Source: an uncultured Chloroflexia bacterium (GTDB lineage: Bacteria > Chloroflexota > Limnocylindria > Limnocylindrales > CSP1-4). From it: DNA of 64,000 bases. The notes under the pieces are model-generated. The model saw nothing but the letters and a program-made list of their open reading frames with translations. It made no database searches and had not been told where the DNA came from. The DNA lies in assembly GCA_963741915.1 (NCBI GenBank), contig CAVUJW010000013.1, positions 432,245 through 496,244 of the forward strand, in the 5' to 3' direction. Below, one piece after another: positions 50,973-62,368 of the stretch; the first letter of the stretch is position 1, and the number at the start of each line of letters is the position of its first letter. Made by a program: the position numbers and the translations under genes.

Positions 50973-52022
50973 ATGAGCGCTCCGTCGGCTGATCTGCCCG
51001 CCGGGATGGCGGGTCTTCGCTACGGCATCACGCAGGTCTCCCTCGCGGTGCGCGATCTCGACGCCACGATGGCCCGCTACCACCGGGCCTTCGGCTGGGC
51101 GCCGTGGCAGGTGTTCGACCACGTGCCCCCCATGCACCACAACACGATGCTCCGAGGGCAGCCCGTGCACTACGCCCTCCGGGGTGCGGAGGTTTACGTC
51201 GGCTCGCTCAACTTCGAGCTGCTCCAGCCGCTCGAGGGACCGAACCTGTGGTCGGAGTTCATGGACCGCCGGGGCGAGGGCGTGGCCTCGATCGCGACGA
51301 TGTTCCTGGAGCGCGAGGACGGCGACGCTGTCAAGGTCGCGTTCAAGGAGCGGTTCGGCATCGACGTCAACATGAAGGCCGACATCGGCGATCACATCGA
51401 GTACTACTACCTCGATACCGAGCGTCAGTTCGGGTGCCTGATCGAATCGGGGAGCGGCCACGCCATCGACTTCGTCAAGCCGGTGCAGGTCTACCCGCAG
51501 CCGGGCGCCCAGCCCGGCCCGTCGCCGGTGAGCGGGATCACATACCCCATCACCCAGGTCTCGACGACGGTGCGCGACCTCGAGACCAAGGTCCGCAACT
51601 ACCACGACGCCTTCGGCTGGGGCCCGTGGAAGATCTACGAGTCCGACGGCACGCGGGTCATGCACCACTCCCAGTGGAACGGGAAGCCGGCCGAGTTCAA
51701 GGTGCGCTGGGCCGAGACGATGGTCGGCGACCTGAACTTCGAGCTCATCGAGCCGCTGGCGCCGGGCAACCCGTTCCACGAGTTCCTGCAGACCAAGGGC
51801 GAGGGCATCTCGTCGATCGCCGTGATGTTCCAGACGGCCGAGGAGTCGGAGCGGGTCAAGGCGCAGTTCGCCGCCGACGGCATCGGGATCACCGCGATCA
51901 GCCACATCGGCGATCACATCGAGTGGTACTTCCTCGATACCGAGCCCGCGTTCAAGTGCGTCATCGAGTCGGGCAGCGGCCACGCCCACGACTTCGAGAT
52001 GCCGTACACGACGTACCCGTAG
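50973..52022 (+). CDS. Internally duplicated VOC protein (methylmalonyl-CoA-epimerase-like)
   Basis: Two homologous halves, each ITQVS..VRDL...FGW.PW...LNFEL..PL...GEG..SIA...IGDHIE...LDTE...IESGSGHA. Confidence 0.82.
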   Translation: MSAPSADLPAGMAGLRYGITQVSLAVRDLDATMARYHRAFGWAPWQVFDHVPPMHHNTMLRGQPVHYALRGAEVYVGSLNFELLQPLEGPNLWSEFMDRRGEGVASIATMFLEREDGDAVKVAFKERFGIDVNMKADIGDHIEYYYLDTERQFGCLIESGSGHAIDFVKPVQVYPQPGAQPGPSPVSGITYPITQVSTTVRDLETKVRNYHDAFGWGPWKIYESDGTRVMHHSQWNGKPAEFKVRWAETMVGDLNFELIEPLAPGNPFHEFLQTKGEGISSIAVMFQTAEESERVKAQFAADGIGITAISHIGDHIEWYFLDTEPAFKCVIESGSGHAHDFEMPYTTYP

Positions 52023-52124
52023 GCCGATCCACCCGCCCGGTGTCGCGAGGTCGGCGGGCGCGGGCGGCAGCCGCAGCTCGAGGCGAGCGCTGGTGGCACG
52101 GGTCGGACGACGCCCGATGACGAG

Positions 52125-53729
52125 GTGACAGTGTCGCCGGGGCGCGAGCGCTTCGATCTGGTCATCCGGGGCGGGTCGATCGTCGATGGCACGGGCTCGG
52201 CGCGCGCCGCGGCGGATGTCGCGATCGCGGGTGGCCGCATCCGCGCGATCGGCGACCTGTCGGTGGCCTCCGCGGCGGACGAGGTCGATGCGACGGGCCT
52301 GGTGGTGTGCCCCGGCCTCATCGACGTCCACAGCCACTCCGACTTCACGCTGCTCGTCGATGGCCGGGCGCAGAGCGCGCTGGCCCAGGGCGTGACGACC
52401 GAGCTCGTGGGCAACTGCGGGCACGGCTGCAGCCCGATGCGCGACACGCCGGCGTTCGCTGCCAACATCTTCGGGTACGACGCGCGGACGCCCCTCGACT
52501 GGCGATCCACCGCGGAGTACCTGGGACGCCTCGAGCGCGAGGCACCGTCGATCAACGTGGCCACCCTGGTGCCGCTGGGCAACCTCCGGATCGCGGTCAT
52601 GGACGATCCGGAGCGCTCGGCTTCGCGGGACGACCTGGACGCCATGGCGAGGCTGCTCGAGGAAGGCCTCGCTGCGGGGGCATTCGGGTTGTCGGCGGGC
52701 CTCTCGTACCCCGACTCGATCAACGCTGACCCGGCCGAGCTCGAGCGCCTCAACGAGCTCGTCGCCGGCCAGAACGGGCTGTACGCGATCTGCATGCGCG
52801 ACACCGGCGATGGGGCGGTGGGCAGCCTCGACGAGGGGCTCGAGACGGCGCGGGCGACCGGTGTTCGCCTCCAGCTGTCGCATGCGATGCCGGAAGCCGG
52901 CAGCCCGCCGGACATGATGGATCTCACGTTCGAGCGCGTCGCAGCGTGCCGGGACGACGGGTTCGACGTCGGGTTCGACATGCACACGAGGCCGTTCGGT
53001 GAGGTCAACCTCAGCATCGCCCTGCCGGTCTGGGCCCTCGAGGGGGGTCCGCGGGCGCTGGAGATACGTCTCCGCGACCGGGCGACGCGGGACCGGATCA
53101 AGGCCTACCCGAGCACGCTCAACCACTACCTGGCCGACCCCGGGCCGGAGCGGCTGACGATGGCGTTCGTCCACGACCCCGCCGTCCGCGGCCGAAGCCT
53201 GGCCGAGCTCACCCCGGATGGCGGCGACGCGCTGGACACGGTGCTGGACATCCTGGTCGACGAGGTGGACGAGGTCCATCGCCCGCTGGTGCTGATCTGG
53301 ATGTACCCCGAGGACGAGGTGGCCCGCTTCTATCGGCATCCCCTGTGCGCCATCGCCTCGGATGCCACGACGCTGAGCCCCGTTGGGCCGCTCGAGGACG
53401 CGATGTTCCACGGTGCCTACACCTGGGCGGCGTGGTTCCTCCGCCGGATGGTGAACGAGCGCACGGAGCTGCCGCTCGAGGAGGCCATCCGGCGCGTCAC
53501 GTCGCTGCCCGCGAGCCGGATCGGGCTGCGGGATCGCGGCGTGATCCGCGCCGGAGCATGGGCGGACCTGGCCGTGCTCGATCTCGGCCGGGTCGCCGAG
53601 CGTGGCACCGTCGAGGCCCCGAACCGACTGGCCGAGGGAGCGCGGCACGTGGTGGTGAACGGCCGCTTCGCAGTTCGCGACGGATCGTTCACCGACGAGC
53701 GGTCCGGGAGCGTCCTCCGGCGCGCCTGA
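52125..53729 (+). CDS. N-acyl-D-amino-acid deacylase family amidohydrolase (paralogue 2)
   Basis: IVDGTG, PGLIDVHSHSD, QGVTTELVGNCG, GLSAGLSYP, ASDA and DRGVI motifs. Confidence 0.82.
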   Translation: MTVSPGRERFDLVIRGGSIVDGTGSARAAADVAIAGGRIRAIGDLSVASAADEVDATGLVVCPGLIDVHSHSDFTLLVDGRAQSALAQGVTTELVGNCGHGCSPMRDTPAFAANIFGYDARTPLDWRSTAEYLGRLEREAPSINVATLVPLGNLRIAVMDDPERSASRDDLDAMARLLEEGLAAGAFGLSAGLSYPDSINADPAELERLNELVAGQNGLYAICMRDTGDGAVGSLDEGLETARATGVRLQLSHAMPEAGSPPDMMDLTFERVAACRDDGFDVGFDMHTRPFGEVNLSIALPVWALEGGPRALEIRLRDRATRDRIKAYPSTLNHYLADPGPERLTMAFVHDPAVRGRSLAELTPDGGDALDTVLDILVDEVDEVHRPLVLIWMYPEDEVARFYRHPLCAIASDATTLSPVGPLEDAMFHGAYTWAAWFLRRMVNERTELPLEEAIRRVTSLPASRIGLRDRGVIRAGAWADLAVLDLGRVAERGTVEAPNRLAEGARHVVVNGRFAVRDGSFTDERSGSVLRRA

Positions 53730-53825
53730 GCCCGCGCGCCGAAGTCCCTCCGCCACGCGCCCATGCGCCCGCCGACTCGGCGCTGCGGGGTTGTGGACTG
53801 CGATCGCGGGCTTGCCTCGCGGGCC

Positions 53826-54605
53826 TCAGATCGACGATTGCCCGCCGTCGACGACCAGGGCGGTCCCGATGCAGTAGGAGGCCTCCTCCGAGCACAGCCA
53901 GAGGATCGCGGCGGCCACCTCATCGGCCCGGCCGGCGCGACCGAGCGGGACCTGGTCGCTCCAGTATCGCAGCTGCTCCGGATCGCTCATCACGTGGCCG
54001 TTGATGGGCGTATCGATGAAGCCGGGGATGACCATGTTGACCCGGATGTCGTGTCGAGCGAAGTCGATGGCCATCACCTTCATCATCGCGAAGATGCCGC
54101 CCTTGCTCGCGCTGTAGGCGGGTTCGTTGTAGGCCATCCCGAGGTAGCCGCAGTTCGAGCCCAGGTTCACGATCGCGCCGCCCCCGGCCGCCTGCAGGTG
54201 GGGCAGGGCGTACTTGCAGGTCAGGAACTGGCCGTTGAGGTTGGTGACGATGACCCGGTTCCAGGCGTCGAGCGTGATGCGGTCCAGCCGATCGTCCTCG
54301 TCGGGTAGCTCGACGGCCGCGTTGGCCACGACGAGGTCGAGGCCGCCCATCGCTGCGGCCGCCGCGTCGACCGCCGCGCGGATCTCGTCCTCGACCGAGC
54401 AGTCGGCGGGCAGCACCACCGCCCGGCCGCCACCGGCCTCGATCTCCCGTGCCAGCGCATCGAGACCCTCACGCCCACGCGCGACGAGCGCCACCTGCGC
54501 GCCCTCCGCGCCGAAGCGCAGGGCGGTCGCCCGGCCGATGCCCTTGCTCGCCCCGGTCACCAGGGCCCCCTTGCCGGCGAACCGGTTCGGGATCGGCTTG
54601 ATCAT
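53826..54605 (-). CDS. SDR family oxidoreductase (paralogue of 26362-27141)
   Basis: TGASKGIG, YSASK and PGFIDTPIN; shares a DDRxDR segment with 26362. Confidence 0.9.
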   Translation of the reverse strand: MIKPIPNRFAGKGALVTGASKGIGRATALRFGAEGAQVALVARGREGLDALAREIEAGGGRAVVLPADCSVEDEIRAAVDAAAAAMGGLDLVVANAAVELPDEDDRLDRITLDAWNRVIVTNLNGQFLTCKYALPHLQAAGGGAIVNLGSNCGYLGMAYNEPAYSASKGGIFAMMKVMAIDFARHDIRVNMVIPGFIDTPINGHVMSDPEQLRYWSDQVPLGRAGRADEVAAAILWLCSEEASYCIGTALVVDGGQSSI

Positions 54606-54928
54606 GCTTTCGCCTCCTGTGCCTACGATCCACCTCGAGCAACAGCGCCTACGCGGCTGACCGCACCTAGTGGGTGGCGCCAGTGCGACTCATCGGCACC
54701 ACGGTCGCTCCCATTCGCCTGTGGACCTCGAAGCGACGAGATGGGGTCCCACGCCAGTCCTCAATGATGGCGTACCGGGCCGGTCCGGGAAACGGCTTCC
54801 AGCGTGGCCGAGGACGACCAGCCCTGGGATCGGCCCATTGGCGGGGGAGCCCAGCCTCCGCCGAACACCCTTGGGCCGAATCCCCCAAACGCTCCCGCAC
54901 GAATGGCAGCAGGGCGTACAGAACGATC

Positions 54929-54965
54929 TTGACGCCCACTAGAGAGTCGTTCACAGTGAGTGAAC
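54929..54965 (+). promoter_or_regulatory. Promoter and motif-B operator
   Basis: TTGACG at 54929-54934; GTTCACAGTGAGTGAAC at 54949-54965 covers the expected -10 position. Confidence 0.65.
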
Positions 54966-55042
54966 AACGTGTCTCGCCAAGGCTGGAAGCACGCAACCCC
55001 CAAGGGTTCCAAGCGCTGCATGGTCGGCCAGGAGGAGGAACG

Positions 55043-56437
55043 ATGACGCGCGACCAGGAACGTCAGGTCGAAGACCTCGCCAATGGGTTCATCACCGGGA
55101 AGATGCCTCGGCGGGTATTCATCTTTCGGCTTCTCGCATTGGGCCTGACGACCAGCGCCGCCGGCACCATTCTCGCAGCCTGTTCCAGCGCCGCGACCCC
55201 GACCCCCTCAAGTGGCACACCAGGCTCGCCGCTTCCCGTCCCATCTGGTGTCCCTACTGGACTGAAGGGTGAGATCAGGTTCCTCATTGGGCCATGGACC
55301 GACCAAGAGGTGCAACACCACCAGGTCATTCAGGCCGCTTTCAACAAACTGAATCCCGATGTCAATTTCACCTACAAGCTCTTTGATTGGGCGACAAGTC
55401 CCACCGAGATCAGCAACTCATTGGCCTCTGGCTCTCATGACATCTTCTACATTGAGGACCACAACTGGATTGCGTTCGCCGACCGGCTGGAGGACCTGAC
55501 GCCAAGAATCAACGACCCGGCCTTTGCCACGGACAAGGCGAACTATCTCTACTGGGATCGGCTTGCGACCTATGGCGGCAAGCTCGTTGGCATGCCGAAC
55601 AACTGGGCCGTCGTGGACATGCTCTACACGAACATGGACATGGTGAGGGAAGCTGGGTACGACGAGCATTTCGTTGACAGCTGGGACACCCTCGTCGCGT
55701 GCTGCACCAAGATGACTAAGGGAACCGATACGTACGGTCTTGGGATCGGTATCCAGCTCGGACCGACGTTCGGCGAATGGTATGAATGGCTTCGTGGCGC
55801 CGGTGGCAGCTTCCTCACTGATGATCAATCGGCGACAAACATCAATTTGCCGGCTGTCGTCGATATCACCAAGCGTGTGGCAGACCTCTACAAGCAGGGT
55901 GTTGCGCCGCCCATTGGTGCCTACACCTACGACACGGGCCCCGACGCCTTTGTAGCAGGGAAGATCGCGACCTACTCTTCCGATATGGCGCCAGCGCCCG
56001 GGATCCAGGCCAAGGATCCCAAGTTCGAGTGGAAGTTGCTGCCCTATCCGCCCGGAAGCGCGACACGACAGAACATGTTCTCGATTGTCGGCACATATAC
56101 GATGAGCCCGAAGACTCCGGACAAGGATCTTGCCTGGGAAGTCTTGAAGTTCTGGACCAACGCCGAGAACAATGCATACTGGTGTGATGTCTCTGGGCCC
56201 TATCCCGCCCGATCTGACGCGCTGCAGCACGGGTACCCCACGCAGGCCGCCCCGCAACTCGCCGATGCCTTCTCTGTCATGCACGACTACGCGATGGGCG
56301 CCGAACCCTTCGCGAAGTGGGATGACTGCGAAACTGCGGCAGAACAGCAAATCGGGAACGCGTGGACAGGACAGGCTACCCCTGAAGAGGCCGTCGCGAA
56401 CGTCGATGCCGCGGTGAAGAAGATCGTCTTCGGCTGA
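55043..56437 (+). CDS. Carbohydrate ABC substrate-binding lipoprotein, probably Tat-exported
   Basis: GGAGGAGG SD; PRRVFI twin-Arg-like signal, LAAC lipobox, KDLAWEVLKF motif. Confidence 0.85.
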   Translation: MTRDQERQVEDLANGFITGKMPRRVFIFRLLALGLTTSAAGTILAACSSAATPTPSSGTPGSPLPVPSGVPTGLKGEIRFLIGPWTDQEVQHHQVIQAAFNKLNPDVNFTYKLFDWATSPTEISNSLASGSHDIFYIEDHNWIAFADRLEDLTPRINDPAFATDKANYLYWDRLATYGGKLVGMPNNWAVVDMLYTNMDMVREAGYDEHFVDSWDTLVACCTKMTKGTDTYGLGIGIQLGPTFGEWYEWLRGAGGSFLTDDQSATNINLPAVVDITKRVADLYKQGVAPPIGAYTYDTGPDAFVAGKIATYSSDMAPAPGIQAKDPKFEWKLLPYPPGSATRQNMFSIVGTYTMSPKTPDKDLAWEVLKFWTNAENNAYWCDVSGPYPARSDALQHGYPTQAAPQLADAFSVMHDYAMGAEPFAKWDDCETAAEQQIGNAWTGQATPEEAVANVDAAVKKIVFG

Positions 56438-56515
56438 ACCTGCGTAGTCGACGGGTTGCAAACCAGCCTGCGTCGCGGGCGGTTGGGGTGACATGCCTCG
56501 ATCGGGTGTGAGTAG

Positions 56516-57496
56516 ATGAGTCTAGCCTCTGGGGCTACGCCTGCCGCGGCCGGGTCCGCCGTCCGTCAGGGTCGGCCACGCCGCGAGCGTTTGAGCCAAG
56601 CTGAGCATCGACGCCTCGCTCGAACCAATGGGCTGCGCCGCCAGATGACCGGTTGGATGTTCGTCCTGCCGATGTACATCTTCTTCGTTGTCTTTCTACT
56701 TGTTCCGGCGCTCGGGACTGTCTGGTGGAGTATGCAATCCGGCGGGTTAGTCGCTGGATCTGAGTTTGTCGGCTTGGACAACTTCGCTGGGCTGCCGCGA
56801 GAGCCGCTCGCGCTGACCGCGATCCAGAACACACTGCGGTTCACCCTCATGTCCGTGCCGCTCATTCTCGTGATTGCCTTGGGCATCGGGATGCTCCTCT
56901 CGCGCGTTCAGCGGGGCGGAGCGATATATCGGTTCCTGGTCTACTTCCCAGTCCTCGTGCCACCCGTCGTTGCGGCGCTCATCTGGATCTTTCTGACGAA
57001 CGTCGACTTCGGCCTGTTCAACACCGTCATGAAGTTCCTCGGGCTCAAACCGGTCGTCTGGCTCGGCGTCGGAACCGCCTTGCCGGTACTCGCCGCACTC
57101 GACGTCTGGCGCAACGTCGGCTATTGGGCGATCTTCTTCCTGGCGGCGATCATCGGCCTGCCTCAGGAGCTCTACCAAGCGGCGGAACTGGACGGTGCGG
57201 GATCGTGGCAACGCTTCCGTTTTCTTACTGTGCCGCTGCTCCGGCGAATCCTGCTGTTCGCGCTAGTCGTGTCGACGATCTGGGGGCTTCAAGTGTTCGA
57301 CACGCCGCTCGTACTGACCGATGGTGGCCCAGGCACGTCAACGGTCACCGTGGTCTACCAAGTGTGGCGATACGCGCTCAACAGCACCTTCCAGGCCGGG
57401 CTCGCGGCAGCTATCTCGCTGGTGCTAATGTTCGTGATCCTAGTCCTGACGGCCGTGCAGTTGCGCGCACTCCGTGGTCGTGAAGTGGCGTCCTGA
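56516..57496 (+). CDS. Carbohydrate ABC transporter permease
   Basis: FVGLDNF, QAAELDGAG and TDGGPG motifs. Confidence 0.9.
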   Translation: MSLASGATPAAAGSAVRQGRPRRERLSQAEHRRLARTNGLRRQMTGWMFVLPMYIFFVVFLLVPALGTVWWSMQSGGLVAGSEFVGLDNFAGLPREPLALTAIQNTLRFTLMSVPLILVIALGIGMLLSRVQRGGAIYRFLVYFPVLVPPVVAALIWIFLTNVDFGLFNTVMKFLGLKPVVWLGVGTALPVLAALDVWRNVGYWAIFFLAAIIGLPQELYQAAELDGAGSWQRFRFLTVPLLRRILLFALVVSTIWGLQVFDTPLVLTDGGPGTSTVTVVYQVWRYALNSTFQAGLAAAISLVLMFVILVLTAVQLRALRGREVAS

Positions 57497-57497
57497 G

Positions 57498-58393
57498 ATG
57501 AGGACCGAGATGCCGCGGGGGCGGACTGGCAGGCTGGCCGGGAGATTAGGAGAACGACCTAGTCCTCGTGTTTCAGGGCATCGATCGCTCGAACGAGCCT
57601 TCACGCACATCATTCTCTTGCTAGTGGCTGTGACGCTGGCGATGCCGTTCTTTTACGTCATCAGCGCGTCCCTTAAGGACAGCATTTCTATCTTTGAGTA
57701 CCCTCCTGGACTGGTCCCGCTGCCGCCCTACCTGGGCAACTACGAGCAACTGATCTCGGATACCGGATTCCTCCGATGGATGTTCAACACCCTCTTCGTT
57801 GCCAGCGTGGTCACCACTTGCAAGCTCATCCTGGATTCGATGGCAGGATACGCGTTGGCAAAGGTTTCATTCCGTGGCAGACGAGTCGTATTTGGATCCC
57901 TGCTCATCCTGCTGATGGTTCCATTGGGCGTATTGCTCGTTCCGTTGTGGTCCGTCGCGCACGCTTTGCACATTGACAATACGTATCTCGCTCTAATGCT
58001 GCCGCCGTTGGCCAACCCCCTCGGCGTGTTCCTGATGCGCCAGTTCATCCTGGGCCTGCCCAGGGATCTCGAGAACGCCGCCCGCCTCGATGGCGTGAGC
58101 GAGTTCGGGATCTACTGGCGGATCATCCTGCCGCTGATCAAGCCGGGCCTCGTGGTGCTGGCGGTGATCATCTTCACCGACCAGTTCATGAGCTTCGTGT
58201 GGCCGTTGATTTCGACGAGCAGCGATGACCTCCAGGTGCTGACTGTCGGTCTGGCATCGTTCCGCGCAAAGGGCGGCGTCAACTACGGGGTCTGGTCGGC
58301 CTCCGCCGTGATGTCCCTGGTCCCGATCGGAGTCGTGTTCTTCGTCCTCCAGCGCCAGTTCCTGGCCCGTTCCCTTGCCGGAGCCCTCAAGCA

Positions 58394-58397
<4 letters not shown>
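57498..58397 (+). CDS. Carbohydrate ABC transporter permease
   Basis: AGYALAK, ENAARLDG and FVWPLI motifs. Confidence 0.9.
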
Positions 58398-59562
<1,165 letters not shown>

Positions 59563-59566
<4 letters not shown>

Positions 59567-60531
59567 CGATGGATCCTTACGTGATGACCGTCACTGGACC
59601 GATCCCGGCCAGCAGTCTTGGCTTCACCTTGCCACATGAGCATACCGGCCTCGACGCGTCTGGCCATGAACCGGAGCACAGCCCGCACGATCACCCTTGG
59701 GAGTGGTGGGATGTCTTCAATGACGAGGAGATCATCGAGTCTGAACTCAGGCGATTCCAGGATCTCGGGGGTAGCTGTCTGGTCGACCTCACCAACCATG
59801 GCCTAGGGCGTGATCCGGAGCGGATCCGTCGCCTATCCCAACGGACCGGCTTGCCGATTGTCATGGGTTGCGGTTGGTATCGGGGGCCCATCAATACGCC
59901 GGAATCGTTCATTGATCGACGGACCGCGAACAACCTCGCTGACGAGTTGATCGGCGAATGGACTGACGGCGTCGGAGATACCGGCATTCGCCCGGGGGTG
60001 ATCGGCGAGATCGGAACCGATGCTGGGTGGTTAAGTGCCCAGGAGGAGCGGGTGTTCCGTGCGGTGGCTCGTGCCGCGAAGGCAACCGGCCTATCGGTTA
60101 TCACGCATGCCGCGCAGTCACGCGTCGGTCTCGCCCAACTCGACATGCTCGTCGAGGAAGGCGTTGATCCGACCCGCGTCGTGATCGGCCACGCCGACTC
60201 CTGCCCGTATCTCGATTATCACCTTGCTTTGCTGGAGCGGGGGACGAACATCGAGTTTGATCTGCTTGGCCTGAGATTCGGACCGGTGGATGAGGCTATG
60301 GAACCGCGGGTGATTGACCTCCTCATCGACCTCATCAACCGCGGACATGCAGAGAGGCTAATGCTGTCCCAGTCCGTCGGAATGGCCATGCAGCTCAAAG
60401 CCTTTGGCGGCACCGGGTTCGTGTACCTGCAGGAGGAGTTCCTACCACGGCTCCGCGAGCGCGGCGTCGGCGATGACGCAATTCATCAGATGACCGTGCT
60501 GAACCCGCGTCGGGTCCTGTCCCTGCACTGA
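59563..60531 (+). CDS. Phosphotriesterase-homology protein (Php/PLL family), copy 1
   Basis: MTVTGPI, LPHEH, GRDP, GVIGEIG, ITHA, IGHAD and NPRRVL motifs. Confidence 0.88.
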
Positions 60532-60543
60532 GGAGGATGGGAC

Positions 60544-61492
60544 GTGGAGCCCTTCGTACAGACTGTGACGGGCCCGATTCCCTCGGCGAGCCTCGGATTC
60601 ATCCTGCCGCACGAGCACGTCGGCATCGGCAGCTACTCTCGTCACGCCCGGGATCCCTGGGAGCTGTGGGCGGTGATCAACGACGAGGACCTGCTTGCGG
60701 ATGAGATTCGCCCGATTCCGAGCTGACGGGGGCTCCTGCATCGTTGATCTGACCAACATTGGCCTGGGTCGCAATCCCCAACGCATCTACGAACTCTCGA
60801 AGAGAACGGGGATGCCGATCATCATGGGCTGCGGCTGGTACAGAGGGTCATGGGGAGCGCCTGAGACGTTCATCGACCGGCGCACCACTCAGGCTTTGGC
60901 GGACGAGCTGATCGACGAGTTCGAGAACGGAATTGGGCCGGATCGAATCAAGCCCGGCGTCATCGGCGAGATTGGCACCGACAGGGCCTGGGTCAACGCC
61001 GAGGAAGAGCGAGTGTTCCGAGCTGTCGCCCGAGCCGCCCGCGCGACAGGCATGGCCATCCTGACCCATGCGATGCGACCGCGCGTCGGGGTTGCCGAAG
61101 TTGACATTCTGCTCGAGGAACGTGCCGATCCATCCCGGGTCGTTGTTGGCCATGTCGATCTCTGCCCACACCTCGACTACTACCTTGCGATGCTCGAGCG
61201 GGGCGCGAATATCGAATTCGATTTCCTCGGTCAGCACTCGGGTCACATGCAGGACGCCGTGGAGCCACGCATCATCGATCTTCTCTTCGAGTTGCTCAAC
61301 CGGGGATATGCGAATCGCATCCTCCTATCGCACGACTTCGGGATCCCGTTCAACCTGCATGCAGCGGGCGGCAACGGCTACGTATACGTGTCCAGCAAGT
61401 TCCTTCCAAGGCTTCGTGCCCGGGGGATCGACGAGGCGACGATCGAGCAAATGACGGTGCTGAACCCTCGCCGGGTCTTGTCGCTGTCGTGA
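60544..61492 (+). CDS. Phosphotriesterase-homology protein, copy 2, frameshift near 60705
   Basis: QTVTGPI...PHEH in the first frame; GEIG, LTHA, VGHVD, LLSHD and NPRRVL in the next. Confidence 0.82.
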
Positions 61493-61550
61493 TCAGGACG
61501 TCTTCGCGGTTGGCGCCACCCGCGGCCCAGCCTCCGCGGACTCTGCTTCC

Positions 61551-62312
61551 ATGATTTCAGTCCCTGGCTCCGCTGGACGATACCCCAGCCTCGGGGGTAG
61601 GCACGTTCTCGTGACCGGTGGCGCGACTGGCATCGGCGCAGCAATCACGACGCGACTGGTCGCCGAGGGCGCTCGAGTAGTGGCGGCGGCCCGCAATGCC
61701 GACCGAGGACTTGCCTTCGTCGAGCGGCTGGGCGGCGGCTCACTCTGGTACACCTTGGACATTCGCAACTCAAATGCTTGGGTTCGGCTGGTGGACGATT
61801 TCGCCGAAGATCCGTTTTCGGTGCTCATCAACAACGCCGGCGGCCTCCTATTCCCCAAGCGGCTGCACGAGTTAACCCCTGATGAGTGGAATACGGAGAT
61901 CGCGACGAACCTGTCCGGCCATTTCCTTGGGATGCGGGCTGTGATTCCCACCATGATCGCCGGCGGGGGAGGATCCATCGTCAACGTCGGATCCATCTCT
62001 GGGATGCGGGGACAGGATGATGCTGCTGGCTACCAGGCGGCGAAAGGCGGCCTGCGGCTGTTGACAAAGCACGCTGCCGTGGCGTACGCGCGAGATGGTA
62101 TTCGAGTCAACAGCGTCCACCCGGGGGCGATCTTCACCGAAGCGGTGGCACTCGAGCCGCCAGAGCGGGTTGAGCCCTTCGTCGAGCGCACGCCAGTTCG
62201 CCGGCAAGGTGATCCCGCAGAGGTTGCCGCCGTTGTGGCATTCCTGGCCAGCGACGAAGCTTCGTTCGTCACCGGAGCCGACTACACGGTCGATGGCGGC
62301 TATCTGGCCTGA
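61551..62312 (+). CDS. SDR family oxidoreductase
   Basis: TGGATGIG, NNAG, YQAAK and VHPG motifs. Confidence 0.88.
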   Translation: MISVPGSAGRYPSLGGRHVLVTGGATGIGAAITTRLVAEGARVVAAARNADRGLAFVERLGGGSLWYTLDIRNSNAWVRLVDDFAEDPFSVLINNAGGLLFPKRLHELTPDEWNTEIATNLSGHFLGMRAVIPTMIAGGGGSIVNVGSISGMRGQDDAAGYQAAKGGLRLLTKHAAVAYARDGIRVNSVHPGAIFTEAVALEPPERVEPFVERTPVRRQGDPAEVAAVVAFLASDEASFVTGADYTVDGGYLA

Positions 62313-62368
62313 AGTGAACCTGCCTGATGGGCCGGTGAATGTGAACTTCTTTGATCAGGAGGGACGAG

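Noticed and set aside
54667-54996. 109-aa ORF or possible gene remnant in the intergenic region
   Set aside because: Only a faint motif resemblance; it overlaps the promoter and operator of the ABC operon
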